Both the position numbers and the translations under genes were made by a program. The notes under the pieces were generated by a model. That model searched no databases, had not been told where the DNA came from, and worked only from the letters and a program-made list of their open reading frames with translations. A DNA stretch of 32,000 nt from Paramicrosporidium saccamoebae KSL3 (taxonomy: Eukaryota > Fungi > Cryptomycota): NCBI GenBank assembly GCA_002794465.1, contig MTSL01000093.1, positions 1-32,000 on the forward strand. The letters are read 5' to 3'. This document shows positions 9,160-19,788 of this stretch, piece after piece. How positions within the stretch are numbered: position 1 is the first letter of the stretch; each line of letters begins with the position of its first letter.

Positions 9160-10943
9160 ATGTGGGAGGTCTCTGATGATTTTGAAGATGGGTCGTCCTC
9201 CCTACCGCTTCTCTCCCTGCGGAATGAGAGGAGAACGGTGTCCATTATATTGTTGGATGGTTCCGCGAGAACGAGACTACACCTGTCTGCCATATCGGAT
9301 GATATTCTTCGCTGCAAAAGCGACAATCCCTTCTACATCGTCCTGGTGTACGGCGATTATCCCCCGTCTTCGATGAATGTGGTGGAGACAGTCTACGCGG
9401 GCGGCGAATATGACGCCCTTTTGTCTGCATTGCGACAATGGTCCTTTGCCGGTGGCACGCCCGTCAGGAACGCTCTCCACGAGGGCTTTGCTGCTGCCAT
9501 GGACGTCATACGGACGATATTATTGAGAGAGGAATCATGTCAGCTGACTGTGATCTGCTGCTCATTATATTACGAAGAGTTTCAGGCGGCAGTTCCAGTG
9601 CAAGCGTCAGTTGTGCAACAAGGACGCATCCTGGAGGAGATGCTACTTGAGCTGCGTACAAGAGGCAGGGTCCGTCTTTCTTGTTTCTTTCCATCTCTGG
9701 AACTGGGACGCACCCTTCTTAATTTGCTAGGAAAAGTGTATTCTGCAGAGGAACTACGGCCAATAGAGATTGGCGGGTGGATCGGAAGAACCACTGAAGG
9801 GAAGCAATCTGCAGCCAGCGTCCGAAGCAACATGTCTGGTGACAGTATCAATTTGGATATTAACTTGGATACTATTGAATTGCCCAATAGTAACTCTCTT
9901 GAGCAGGCCGTCCGTCAATTCCTCTCTGTTGTTCTCAAATTACCCCAGAATCAGCGCGCCGAAGCCATCAAAAGACATCTCGAGTCACCCACTTACAGTG
10001 CCGAGTATAAGCAATGTCTAGTTGCTATGGTACGTCAGATGCAGAACACTGCAAAAATGGTCCGCAAGCCCCAACCCTCCATATCACCAGCAGCCAGGCC
10101 GGTAACGAGTCCATCAATCATCCCGCGACAATCCCCAATGGTCCGAGGCGCAAATGTGGTGTCTCCAGTGTGGAGGGGTAGAATTGCATTTCGGACCAAT
10201 ACAGAGGCATATTTTGATGTTGCTGCCGTGCCTATTCCCAATCCAAAGAGCTCCCATCCGCAAACCACTCCACTCGCTTCTGAATACGACTTGGAGTCAT
10301 GGCCTCTGGTACTAGCCGTCTCTTCATTTGTATCGGTTCAGTCACCGGCGGTAATCAAGAGCGTTCCCGTGTCAAAACTTGTGGAGTTGTTTGCAGTGAA
10401 TCTGGAAGGGGCACCGGTCATGGGGAATGAAACATATATTGGCTTCAGGAACCTTCTTGCAACTCGTCAACTGGTACAATCATGCCATCTGTTCTAATTT
10501 GGTAGGTGGCATTAGTCCGATTGGGGGCCAGTCATGCCATGCTAGTTGCTGCTCGTCCACACCAGCTCGTCGGCATGGTACTTTCCAAGCAGGCCGCCGC
10601 ATCCTTAGCACATCCACAACCCGCCCCTCCACCCCAAGAAGCATCCATACCAAAGCCCATTGTCATGCTCCCAACCGATCCCTCCATCCTTGCTCGTCCC
10701 ATTATACGCACCTCGCCTCGTGCCTCCCGCGTCCTCACTCCCGATGCCATCCTTCGTCAACACAAATCGGCCCCCGAAACAACCCCTCTCCTCCCGCCTA
10801 CCCAAAACCTCGATGTTTTCAATGCATTGATGGGCTCGCAATCAGATTTCGACTCAGAGCCGGCCGTGATGGATTTTTGCGAGTTGGCATTTCCCGAAAT
10901 GAGGGGCGATGTGCAAAATTCGTTCTTTGATATACCACCATGA
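9160..10943 (+). CDS. MED25: Mediator subunit 25 (Med25/PFT1)-like: N-terminal VWA domain and C-terminal ACID/PTOV-like domain; exons 9160-10473, 10506-10943
   Basis: VWA-type SIILLDGSA..VLVY..WSFAGG..ALHEGFAAAM..VICCSLYY resembles Med25 (F.GGG..IAEGL..AL..LICNSPPY). VWRGRI..ESWPLVL..VALVRLGASHAMLV..LVGMVL resembles the ACID domain of plant PFT1. A 32-nt intron 10474-10505 (TCTAAT, GGTAG) joins the two ORFs in frame. Confidence 0.7.
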
Positions 10944-11343
10944 GATTAGATAGCTGTGAATATACTGTGTATTATGAGATTAAATGACTGTAGATATTTG
11001 TGTACGTATATAGATTATACAAGTGCGTACCGTATTCTAAGAGCAGTAGCTATTTTTTGAGAATGTGAAAGTTTCAATGAAAAGACTCTGACCACGAATC
11101 TGCAAATTGATAGCAACCAAATACCCTTCTGCTTCAACAAGATGTCGTGGTACTTTTAAAGACTGTATTGGGGATTTTAATTCGTATACACACCGCGCCG
11201 TAGGGAATAGCTATAAACGTTGCAATTGCAGCCTTGCCAATCCCAAGCATCATAGCTACAGGCCTTTAGCCATCAACTCTCTAACATTGCATTTACCAAC
11301 ACTACAATATTACACTATTACAATATTACAACTATAAAGTTTA

Positions 11344-12343
11344 CTAAATGTATCGACGACAATTAATCTTTTCAGATTGTAGCAAATCGAGTTCAGTGAG
11401 GAATGATTCAGTGTCAGGGATAGTCTTGGAGAGGGTCGTGTTAAGGACTGTACGACGGGCCATTTCATGGATATCACTTCCTGAGCATCCCGTGGCCATC
11501 TCGGCAATCAAGTCAACGTCTATGACATCGGGAGTGTCGAGATCCTCCAAGAGTATTCGCAGGATTGCAGCACGCTGTTCCAGTCCAGGCAAGTCAATTT
11601 TGATCTGCACTGGCATTCTCCTCAGAAAGGCCTCGTCGATATCCTGCGGTCTGTTCGTCGCTCCTAGGATTATGACGCCTTCTGTTCTGTCTGATTGCAA
11701 TCCATCCCAAAAGGTAAGCAACTGCGCTTTCATGCCCGAACTCCACTCCCTTTCCCCTGCACCTCTTTTCCTCGTTAATGCATCAATTTCATCCACGAAT
11801 ATAATCACTGGAGCTATCTTTCGTGCCAGGCTGAAGAGAGCCTCGATGTACTTTTCAGTTTCACCGACCCATTTGTCCATGATGGTGGCGAGGTTGAGGG
11901 AAAGAAAGCGGACGCCAGAAGATTTGGCAAGAGCACGGGCTATCATTGTCTTACCGCAGCCAGGTGGGCCATAGAGTAGCAGACCAGACGGAGCATGTAG
12001 GAGACGCGAGGCATTGGTTGGTGGAGCCAGCAAAAGGTCAGTAAGCTGGCGCAGGCGAAGGATTGCCTCCTCATTCCCGCCAATATCCTCAAATCCAGTG
12101 CTTATCTCGTCGGGATGGAGTGCCCCATAGGAAAGCTCCTCTTCATGCTGTGTCAAGCTTATAGCCTTTTTCAGCTACAGCATTTAAAGACGAAATACGG
12201 CAAAGTACTCTAAGACGTCGTTGGATGGATGACCGGTTCCATAGTCGTCGTTTAATAAATGGCCATACGTACTCAGCCGTCAGATATCCAGTGAGAAGAG
12301 AAATGCTGAACAAATTCAAGAATTGAAGTGCTTTTTGGTCCAT
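11344..12343 (-). CDS. MSP1: Msp1/ATAD1-type membrane-anchored AAA ATPase; exons 12343-12209, 12174-11344
   Basis: N-terminal hydrophobic anchor (FLNLFSISLLTGYLTAEYVWPFI), HPDEISTGFEDIGG, Walker A GPPGCGKT, pore loop KWVGE, Walker B IIFVDEID, WDGL, GATNRPQDIDEAFLRRMP. A 34-nt intron 12208-12175 restores RLRLKKAISLTQHEEEL. Confidence 0.92.
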
Positions 12344-12453
12344 TTCAAAAACCAGCCAATCGGCATAAGTCAAAAGTAAACCGGATGTTTAATATGATTG
12401 GCTGCCAGCACGTAAACAGCCGTCTTAAGCCACCGTACCACAGGATACCGGCA
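12344..12453. promoter_or_regulatory. Bidirectional promoter with two oppositely oriented CCAAT boxes
   Basis: AGCCAATCG (CCAAT at 12356) and TGATTGGCT (ATTGG at 12397) in a 110-bp head-to-head gap. Confidence 0.5.
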
Positions 12454-14577
12454 ATGTCAAGTACTGGTACTGAGGTTCTATCGATTGTGCCAAAGCTTGA
12501 TGCAACGTCTACGACTCTCAGCTTGGAATCACACGATTATCTACTGCGACTGGAACGCACCGTAGCCCAATTCAATGGAACCATTACTCAATGGAATGAA
12601 TCGTGCATGCAGCTCATCAACCTTCTCGGCGAACTATTCAGAACGGGCCTAAGAAAGAGCTTTGCACAGTCAATCTTTACAGCGGAACCATCATTTTGGC
12701 AATTTGTGAGAGAATTCACTGCTCCAGAGACGGTGCGGCAATTGAGAGAGTTGCCCAAACAACAGTCGCTCTTCAAGAATCCCATTGAACGCGAAAATGC
12801 GTGGTTGATGCAGTCACTAAACCATGGGGATCTGGGCATGTACATTTCCGTTATTAAAAGAAATAGAAAGTTGGTAAAGACGTTTTACTCAGAAAGCGGA
12901 GGATCAATTTTTCTGGAGGAGGATGCCATGGACGTGGTTATGCGACTGATTGACACGCTTCTGGAAAGGACCAAATATAAGCTTGATATTGACGAATATG
13001 TCAGGTTCCTGGAAGAAAGAAACAGTGCGCCGGTACCACCATCCGTAGAGGACACTGCTTCAACCGAAAAAGGGAGCCGCGTGGTCTACTCTCCGGTGCC
13101 TATAGTTCAAGCTCCGATGGCGGCGCTAGAAGATGCTGTTGGTGAAGAAGAGCGAGCTCCTTATGTATCAAAGTTTCGAGACTTTATTGATCATCCGAGT
13201 GATAGTGGAGGGACCACCGAGATCGAACCTGACGAATCAACAGAAGAGGTGGTTACTGCTCCGGTAGACGTACTAGAAGGACGAGCAGTGGACGACAAAA
13301 TCCCGGAGAATGTAATAGAAAAAAATTTGAACAACCATCATGAACCAGACAGGTTGAGTCCAGTCCTGACGCCTCTTGCTTTTGCTGGTGACAGACGCGA
13401 GTTGCTTTACACGCCCTCACCTCATTCGCTCCAGATGGAAGAGGGTACTAATGAGCTGCACTCGATTATAACAAAACGAACAACCCCCCAGATCGTTGTC
13501 CTTGATTCAAACCAAAAAGTGCTTAGTCATCCAGCAATTTTTGAAACACCCACCATTGGATCATCAGACAGAACGAGAGCATCATCAGCTTTGTCGTTCC
13601 CCAGTGAATATGGTTTTTTTGCAGTGCCACTTGATTTAGGAACCTTGTCTGGAGTGCTGTATCCTATAAAAGGCCTGCTGGCCCGTGTGGCGAGAATGGC
13701 CATGATTACGATAGGAGAGGGCGGACTGGATGATGCTTGCAGTAATGACAGTTATCATACATCCTCCTTGCTGGATCCATCCTTGCGGCGATCGTTCCGG
13801 CAGTATCCAAAATCAGATGGCTTTAATTATAATCTCCGCCCTTCCCCAGATGATGGATTGGATGCTCAAAATAATGTCTGCTTTGATTGTAAAAAGTCGT
13901 CCAATGTGAGGCTCTTCAAACTATGTGATATTTCAGGCAAACATTACTGTAGTGAGTGCTTTGGAGAAGGGACGTTAGAATCACCGGCCAGGATTCTCAA
14001 AAACGGCGACTTTGAAAGGAGACCAGTTGCTAAGAGAGTCATTCAAGAGTATTCGCGCCACTTTCCTGTAACTCTCTTTACATTGTCCGAGATTGAAAGC
14101 GAATCTCTATATGACAAGCTACCAGCATTGAAGCAGCTAGAGAATCTGCGTAACAAGGTGGCTTTGGCACTGGAGCACGCCGAATTCTGCGCAACTGGCA
14201 TCTACAACGATATCCTGGTCGACTATACCGGTTCTCGTCACATGGTCCTGTCCACTGATATGTACACCATAAACGATCTTATTCACGTCCATTCAGGGGG
14301 GCTGATGGAAGATCTTGCCAGAACTCAAAAAGAACTTTCCAATCACATTAAAAGGAGTTGTGCAAATTGCCAGCTCGGCGGGCGATACTGCGAGATGTGT
14401 AATAATGGAGAGCCCATCTTCCGTTTCGATACAGATTACGTCAGGGAGTGTCCAAGATGTGAAATGCTGACGCATGTAGAATGTGCCGAGTCGATTCAGG
14501 GATGTATGAACTGCCGGAGAGCATACATGGCCATGATGTCGCCGTATATCGAGCCTGCCATGTTAGAAATAGATTAG
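12454..14577 (+). CDS. RUN domain + Rubicon-homology (zf-RING_9/DUF4206) protein, PLEKHM1/Rubicon/DEF8-like
   Basis: RUN core RENAWLMQSLNHGDLGMYI..LVKTFYSE. RH domain GLDAQNNVCFDC..CDISGKHYCSEC..SPARILKNGDF..LYDKLPALKQLENLR..MYTINDL..HIKRSCANC..CEMC..IFRFD..CPRC..HVEC..CMNC. Start uncertain (ATG 12386 or 12454). Confidence 0.85.
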   Translation: MSSTGTEVLSIVPKLDATSTTLSLESHDYLLRLERTVAQFNGTITQWNESCMQLINLLGELFRTGLRKSFAQSIFTAEPSFWQFVREFTAPETVRQLRELPKQQSLFKNPIERENAWLMQSLNHGDLGMYISVIKRNRKLVKTFYSESGGSIFLEEDAMDVVMRLIDTLLERTKYKLDIDEYVRFLEERNSAPVPPSVEDTASTEKGSRVVYSPVPIVQAPMAALEDAVGEEERAPYVSKFRDFIDHPSDSGGTTEIEPDESTEEVVTAPVDVLEGRAVDDKIPENVIEKNLNNHHEPDRLSPVLTPLAFAGDRRELLYTPSPHSLQMEEGTNELHSIITKRTTPQIVVLDSNQKVLSHPAIFETPTIGSSDRTRASSALSFPSEYGFFAVPLDLGTLSGVLYPIKGLLARVARMAMITIGEGGLDDACSNDSYHTSSLLDPSLRRSFRQYPKSDGFNYNLRPSPDDGLDAQNNVCFDCKKSSNVRLFKLCDISGKHYCSECFGEGTLESPARILKNGDFERRPVAKRVIQEYSRHFPVTLFTLSEIESESLYDKLPALKQLENLRNKVALALEHAEFCATGIYNDILVDYTGSRHMVLSTDMYTINDLIHVHSGGLMEDLARTQKELSNHIKRSCANCQLGGRYCEMCNNGEPIFRFDTDYVRECPRCEMLTHVECAESIQGCMNCRRAYMAMMSPYIEPAMLEID

Positions 14578-14873
14578 AAGGATGAATAATTACAATAGAA
14601 TACGTTATATTTGCAGGTCGATGATGAAAGATTTTCACTATAATAGAGTATCTTGTGAGATTAATGATAAGAACTTGTTGAACAGAATCCATCATGATAG
14701 GTGAATCCGGCCCAGATTGCAATTTCAAATCCATTCTTGTCATGTCAAGACGGCGGCCCATAAAGGAGCCGCAAACTGATAAGATCAACTAGCTCATCAA
14801 TAGACCCTTTATAAGGACTAGATAGTCTAATGGGCACCTTGCTTTAACCTCAAACGCTTTTATTTTAACTGCA

Positions 14874-16136
<1,263 letters not shown>

Positions 16137-16526
16137 CTCGCCGATCATTTGAGGAAATTGTCACATATTTAACTAGTAATGCTATAACATGGTCCCAAAT
16201 TTATTAAAAATGATTCGTATTGCTAGCCTATAAAGATATATCAATATCTCCCTAAAGCACTCAAGCAATCCGCTCATTTAAACACCAAAGCTCCCCCTCT
16301 CCCAAGCACTCAAACGCTCCTCACAATTACCCAACAAAACTATCCCACAATTCCGGTTTGCCCCTGTCAAGCCGGGGATTCCGAGAGTATTTAGCGTAGA
16401 ATTCCGGACCAGGCCTTACAGAAAGTCTGTACTTACTCTAGCGTCCCGCATCCGGTTCGTTCGAGTGTTTCATACTTAGAGTCTGTTAATCGTCGTTCTA
16501 TCCGTTCCGGTACACATTTAGAAGAA

Positions 16527-16901
16527 ATGGCCAAGCTATTCGTTGGAGGTCTTGCCTGGGCTACTACTGATGATTCTCTTCGCGCTGCGTTCGAGGAATT
16601 CGAAGTTTCCGATGCCGTCGTCTTGAAGGATCGCGAGACTGGTCGCTCTCGTGGATTCGGTTTCGTCACCGTTTCCGAGGCTAAGGCTGATGAGGCCATT
16701 GCCAAGTGGGACAACCAGGAGCTCGATGGTCGCCGCATCCGCGTCCAGGCTGCTGCTGCCCGTGAGGGTGGTGATCGCCGCGGTGGAAGTGGTGGTTACA
16801 GCCGCAGTGGAAGCGACGGTTACAGCCGTGGTGGAAACGGTGGTGGTTACAGCCGTGACGGTGGATACTCTCGCGAGGGTGGATATTCCCGTGACAACTA
16901 A
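16527..16901 (+). CDS. Glycine-rich RNA-binding protein (single RRM + GGY/SR-G tail; GRP/CIRBP-like)
   Basis: RNP2 [20 protein letters not shown] (RNP1), ELDGRRIRV, repeated GGYSR. Strong bias to C/T-ending codons suggests high expression. Confidence 0.92.
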   Translation: MAKLFVGGLAWATTDDSLRAAFEEFEVSDAVVLKDRETGRSRGFGFVTVSEAKADEAIAKWDNQELDGRRIRVQAAAAREGGDRRGGSGGYSRSGSDGYSRGGNGGGYSRDGGYSREGGYSRDN

Positions 16902-17030
16902 GATTAGACCCTAATTTAATTGCACGCGTCAACATCAGATACGCTACTAAATGAATGCTTAAAGTTCCCTTCAAGATATGCCGGTTGTAAATAGTTGAAT
17001 AAACTAGTCACTATCGGAAAACGTAGATAA

Positions 17031-17172
17031 AATGGCCATTGATAGCGGTCAATTGACATTGGGAAACATGTCCTAGAGAATGGTCATTGATAGCGGTCAA
17101 CTGTTATAGGAAAACTCCTAGAGGGTGGTCATTGATAGCGATCAACTGTTATTAGGAAAACATGATATAGTA
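17031..17172. repeat. Degenerate tandem repeat, 3 copies of a 45-49 bp unit (TGGTCATTGATAGCGGTCAACTGTTA..GGAAAAC..TAG)
   Basis: Copies start at 17031, 17079 and 17124. Related partial units AGTCACTAT..GGAAAAC flank it at about 17006 and 17183. Confidence 0.9.
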
Positions 17173-17240
17173 GACAATGGCCAGTCACTATACTGGAAAA
17201 CATGGACAACGACCAGTTGCTGTCCACCAGGGTGGCTGGA

Positions 17241-18263
17241 ATGGTGTCCAGAAGAGTACACTATCGTTATACAGGCCGTGCTTATTCTATGTATAGAAGA
17301 AGAAGAGAACGCATGTTAAAGTTGATGAAAATCCTCATCTATCAAAAGTGCCCAAGTCATTTGTCATCCGTGCTGGCGTCTTGTCCAAGCTTGCATCACA
17401 GCTTGTCGTAGATATCCGCAGAGTGATGGAACCGAATACTGCATCTCGGCTCCAGGTTAGTTTATTCACAGTTTGTTGGTTAACCGTCTTTCTAGGAGCG
17501 TAGAAAAAATAGACTGAAGGACTTTGTACACGTTGCTGGACCCATGGGAGTGTCTCACTTTTTGCTCTTCTCTCAAACCGAATCTTGTACAAATCTACGT
17601 GTTGCCAAACATCCACAGGGACCCACCCTTTACTTTCGCATTCAGAGCTACTCGCTTATGAAGGATATCGCTGCGCTCCACAAAAAGCCAAAGTCTCCTG
17701 GCAGCGAATTCATGACGGCTCCTCTTTTGGTGCTCAATAACATGCCAGTGGAGACTTCTCACGGCAAGCTACTTTGTTCCATGTTCCAGAACATGTTCCC
17801 CACCATCAGCACGACCAAGGTGAAGCTCGCCGACATTCGTCGCGTCGTCCTCTTTCACTATGATAGAGAGAAGGAGACTGTCGAATTCCGTCACTACACC
17901 ATTACCGTCAAAATGGTTGGGGTTAGCAAGTCTGTAAAGCGGATAATCCGCTCCGAGATTCCCGATTTAAGCAACTTTGCCGATGCAGCAGAGTTTGTGT
18001 TCAAGGCAGAGGCAAACTTGTCAGACTCGGAATACGAGGCTGATTCCGTGGTAACATTGGCCCAAAATTACCCAGGCGTTGGCAATGCAAAGTCTCAGCA
18101 ACGCAGCATCAACTTGGTAGAGTGTGGTCCCAGAATGACGCTGAGACTTATCAAGGTAACCGATGGACTGAACACTGGAAAGGTACTGTACCATGTGCCC
18201 GACGAAAAGGTCACCAAAGAGGACAGTGACGAAGAACTGGCAGACGACAGTGGCAATGAATAA
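17241..18263 (+). CDS. SSF1: Brix-domain ribosome biogenesis factor Ssf1/Peter Pan; exons 17241-17255, 17297-17455, 17496-18263
   Basis: KKKRTH..VPKSFVIR..DIRRVMEPNTASRLQERRKNRLKDFVHVAGPMGVSHF, GPTLYFRIQSYSL, PLLVLNN, FQNMFP, FRHY, LVECGPRMTLRLIKV. Introns 17256-17296 and 17456-17495. First exon less certain. Confidence 0.92.
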
Positions 18264-18264
18264 A
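18259..18264 (+). terminator. AATAAA overlapping the SSF1 stop codon
   Basis: gAA-TAA-A. Confidence 0.45.
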
Positions 18265-18379
18265 GGACATTAATTTTGCCGGGACTTGCCGATAAAGAGA
18301 TATTAACCCGTTATAGCTCAAATGAGATTGGCCGAGGATATTGAAGCGCCAGACCCTCGTTAGTAAATACAAAACTCGC

Positions 18380-18424
18380 AATCTCTAAAGTCTCTGAAAT
18401 CTCTGTAATCCCTGCAATCTCTGC
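18380..18424. repeat. Five tandem 9-bp units (consensus AATCTCTGN) abutting the Mo25 ATG
   Basis: aatctctaa agtctctga aatctctgt aatccctgc aatctctgc ATG. Confidence 0.8.
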
Positions 18425-19601
18425 ATGCTGCCCTTTTCTCTATTCAAATCCAAGCCAAAGAGCCCCCACGAAATTGTAAAGCTGTTCCGTGACGCACAGC
18501 TACGGCTGGACTCTACGGACCCGCGAACATGCGAGAAGGCATCGGAGGAGTGCAACAAGTATCTGTCCATTCTCAAAAGTATTGCCATTGATTCCAACGG
18601 TGATACGAACGCAGAGGCTTTGGCACAGTTAGCCCAGGAGGCGTACAGTTGCGGGCTCCTTGAGCTGCTAGTCACCAACCTTGGCAGATTCGATTTCGAG
18701 GCCCGAAAAGACGTCGTTGTCATTTTCAACGCACTAGTAAGACGGCAAATTGGTACTCGAACCCCAACGGTCGAGTATCTCTGCTCCCACGATGCCATCC
18801 TGCTGCAGCTGCTGAAAGGATATGAGCGCCAGGAGCTGGCCTTGAATTATGGTATGATGTTTCGAGAGTGTCTGAGGCATGAGGCACTTGCCCAGTTACT
18901 GTTAAACACACAGGATCTGTACATTCTATTCAATTATGTGCAGCAACCCACTTTTGATATTGCCTCTGATGCATTTGCTACCCTCAAGGTGCCACTATAT
19001 CATTTCAATCTAATTGATGGTAGGACTTGTTGACAAAACACAAAATGCTAGTTGCCTCATTCTTAATTACACAATACGATGAATTCATGCCAAAGTTCAA
19101 CGAGCTCCTCTCCTCAGAAAACTATGTCACCCGAAGGCAATCACTCAAGGTATAATTTTCTGCGGCTTTTTCAATCTTCAGCTGCTTGGCGAGATTCTGT
19201 TGGACAGGAGTAATTTTGATGTCATGACGCGGTACATTTCGAATGCAGAGAATTTGAAATTGATGATGAATCTTTTGCGAGACAAGAGCAAAAATATTCA
19301 ACTTGAAGCATTCCATGTTTTCAAGGTGGGCCTTTGTGCATAAACTAAATACTACTGTAGATCTTTGTGGCGAATCCGAACAAGAACAAGCCAATATATG
19401 ACATTTTGCTGAAAAATCAGAAGAAACTGGTAGAATACCTGGACTCTTTTCAGTCTGTCAAGGGTAACCATTCGCAATGGATTCCATCCTAATATCCGTT
19501 TAGAAGATGATGACCAATTCCTAGAGGAGAAGCGCTTCTTGTCGCAGCAAATTGTTGACTTGGCTCCTCAGAGGAGAGACGGTCATCCAGAAATGTCCTA
19601 A
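18425..19601 (+). CDS. HYM1: Mo25/Cab39/Hym1 scaffold protein; exons 18425-18988, 19024-19149, 19182-19325, 19361-19463, 19504-19601
   Basis: [22 protein letters not shown]-like [99 protein letters not shown]. Four introns of 35, 32, 35 and 40 nt. Confidence 0.95.
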
Positions 19602-19605
19602 TAAA
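19600..19605 (+). terminator. AATAAA overlapping the Mo25 stop codon
   Basis: tccTAATAAAgg. Confidence 0.45.
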
Positions 19606-19788
19606 GGCGTTTTGCACGACTGCCACAGTCTACAAACAGGACATTTGGCATAGTTACTAACTGATTGGGCTTGTGATTGCTGAATTTAGAAATCTTTAAT
19701 ACGAGTCTATTAATAGACAATGTTTGGGCAACCCATCCCGGTTATATAGGCGCAGCGGAGTAGTTGGTGGATAAATAGGGACATTAAA

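Noticed and set aside
11165-11200. Minus-strand GGCGCG..AATTAAAA..CCCAATAC resembling U4 snRNA
   Set aside because: The U6-pairing segments (TTGCGC, TGCTAATT) and the Sm site are not present.
14773-14784. Minus-strand TCTTATCAGTTT as in U2 snRNA, and a + strand ATGATGA (about 14621) with CTGA (14776) as a C/D snoRNA
   Set aside because: The U2 branch-pairing GTGTAGTA is absent. The C and D boxes lack a clear terminal stem or recognisable guide. An Infernal/Rfam scan would be needed.
16481-16521. Possible 41-nt 5' UTR intron upstream of the glycine-rich RRM gene (GTCTGT..TTTAG)
   Set aside because: No reading-frame constraint to test it; cannot be supported without transcripts.
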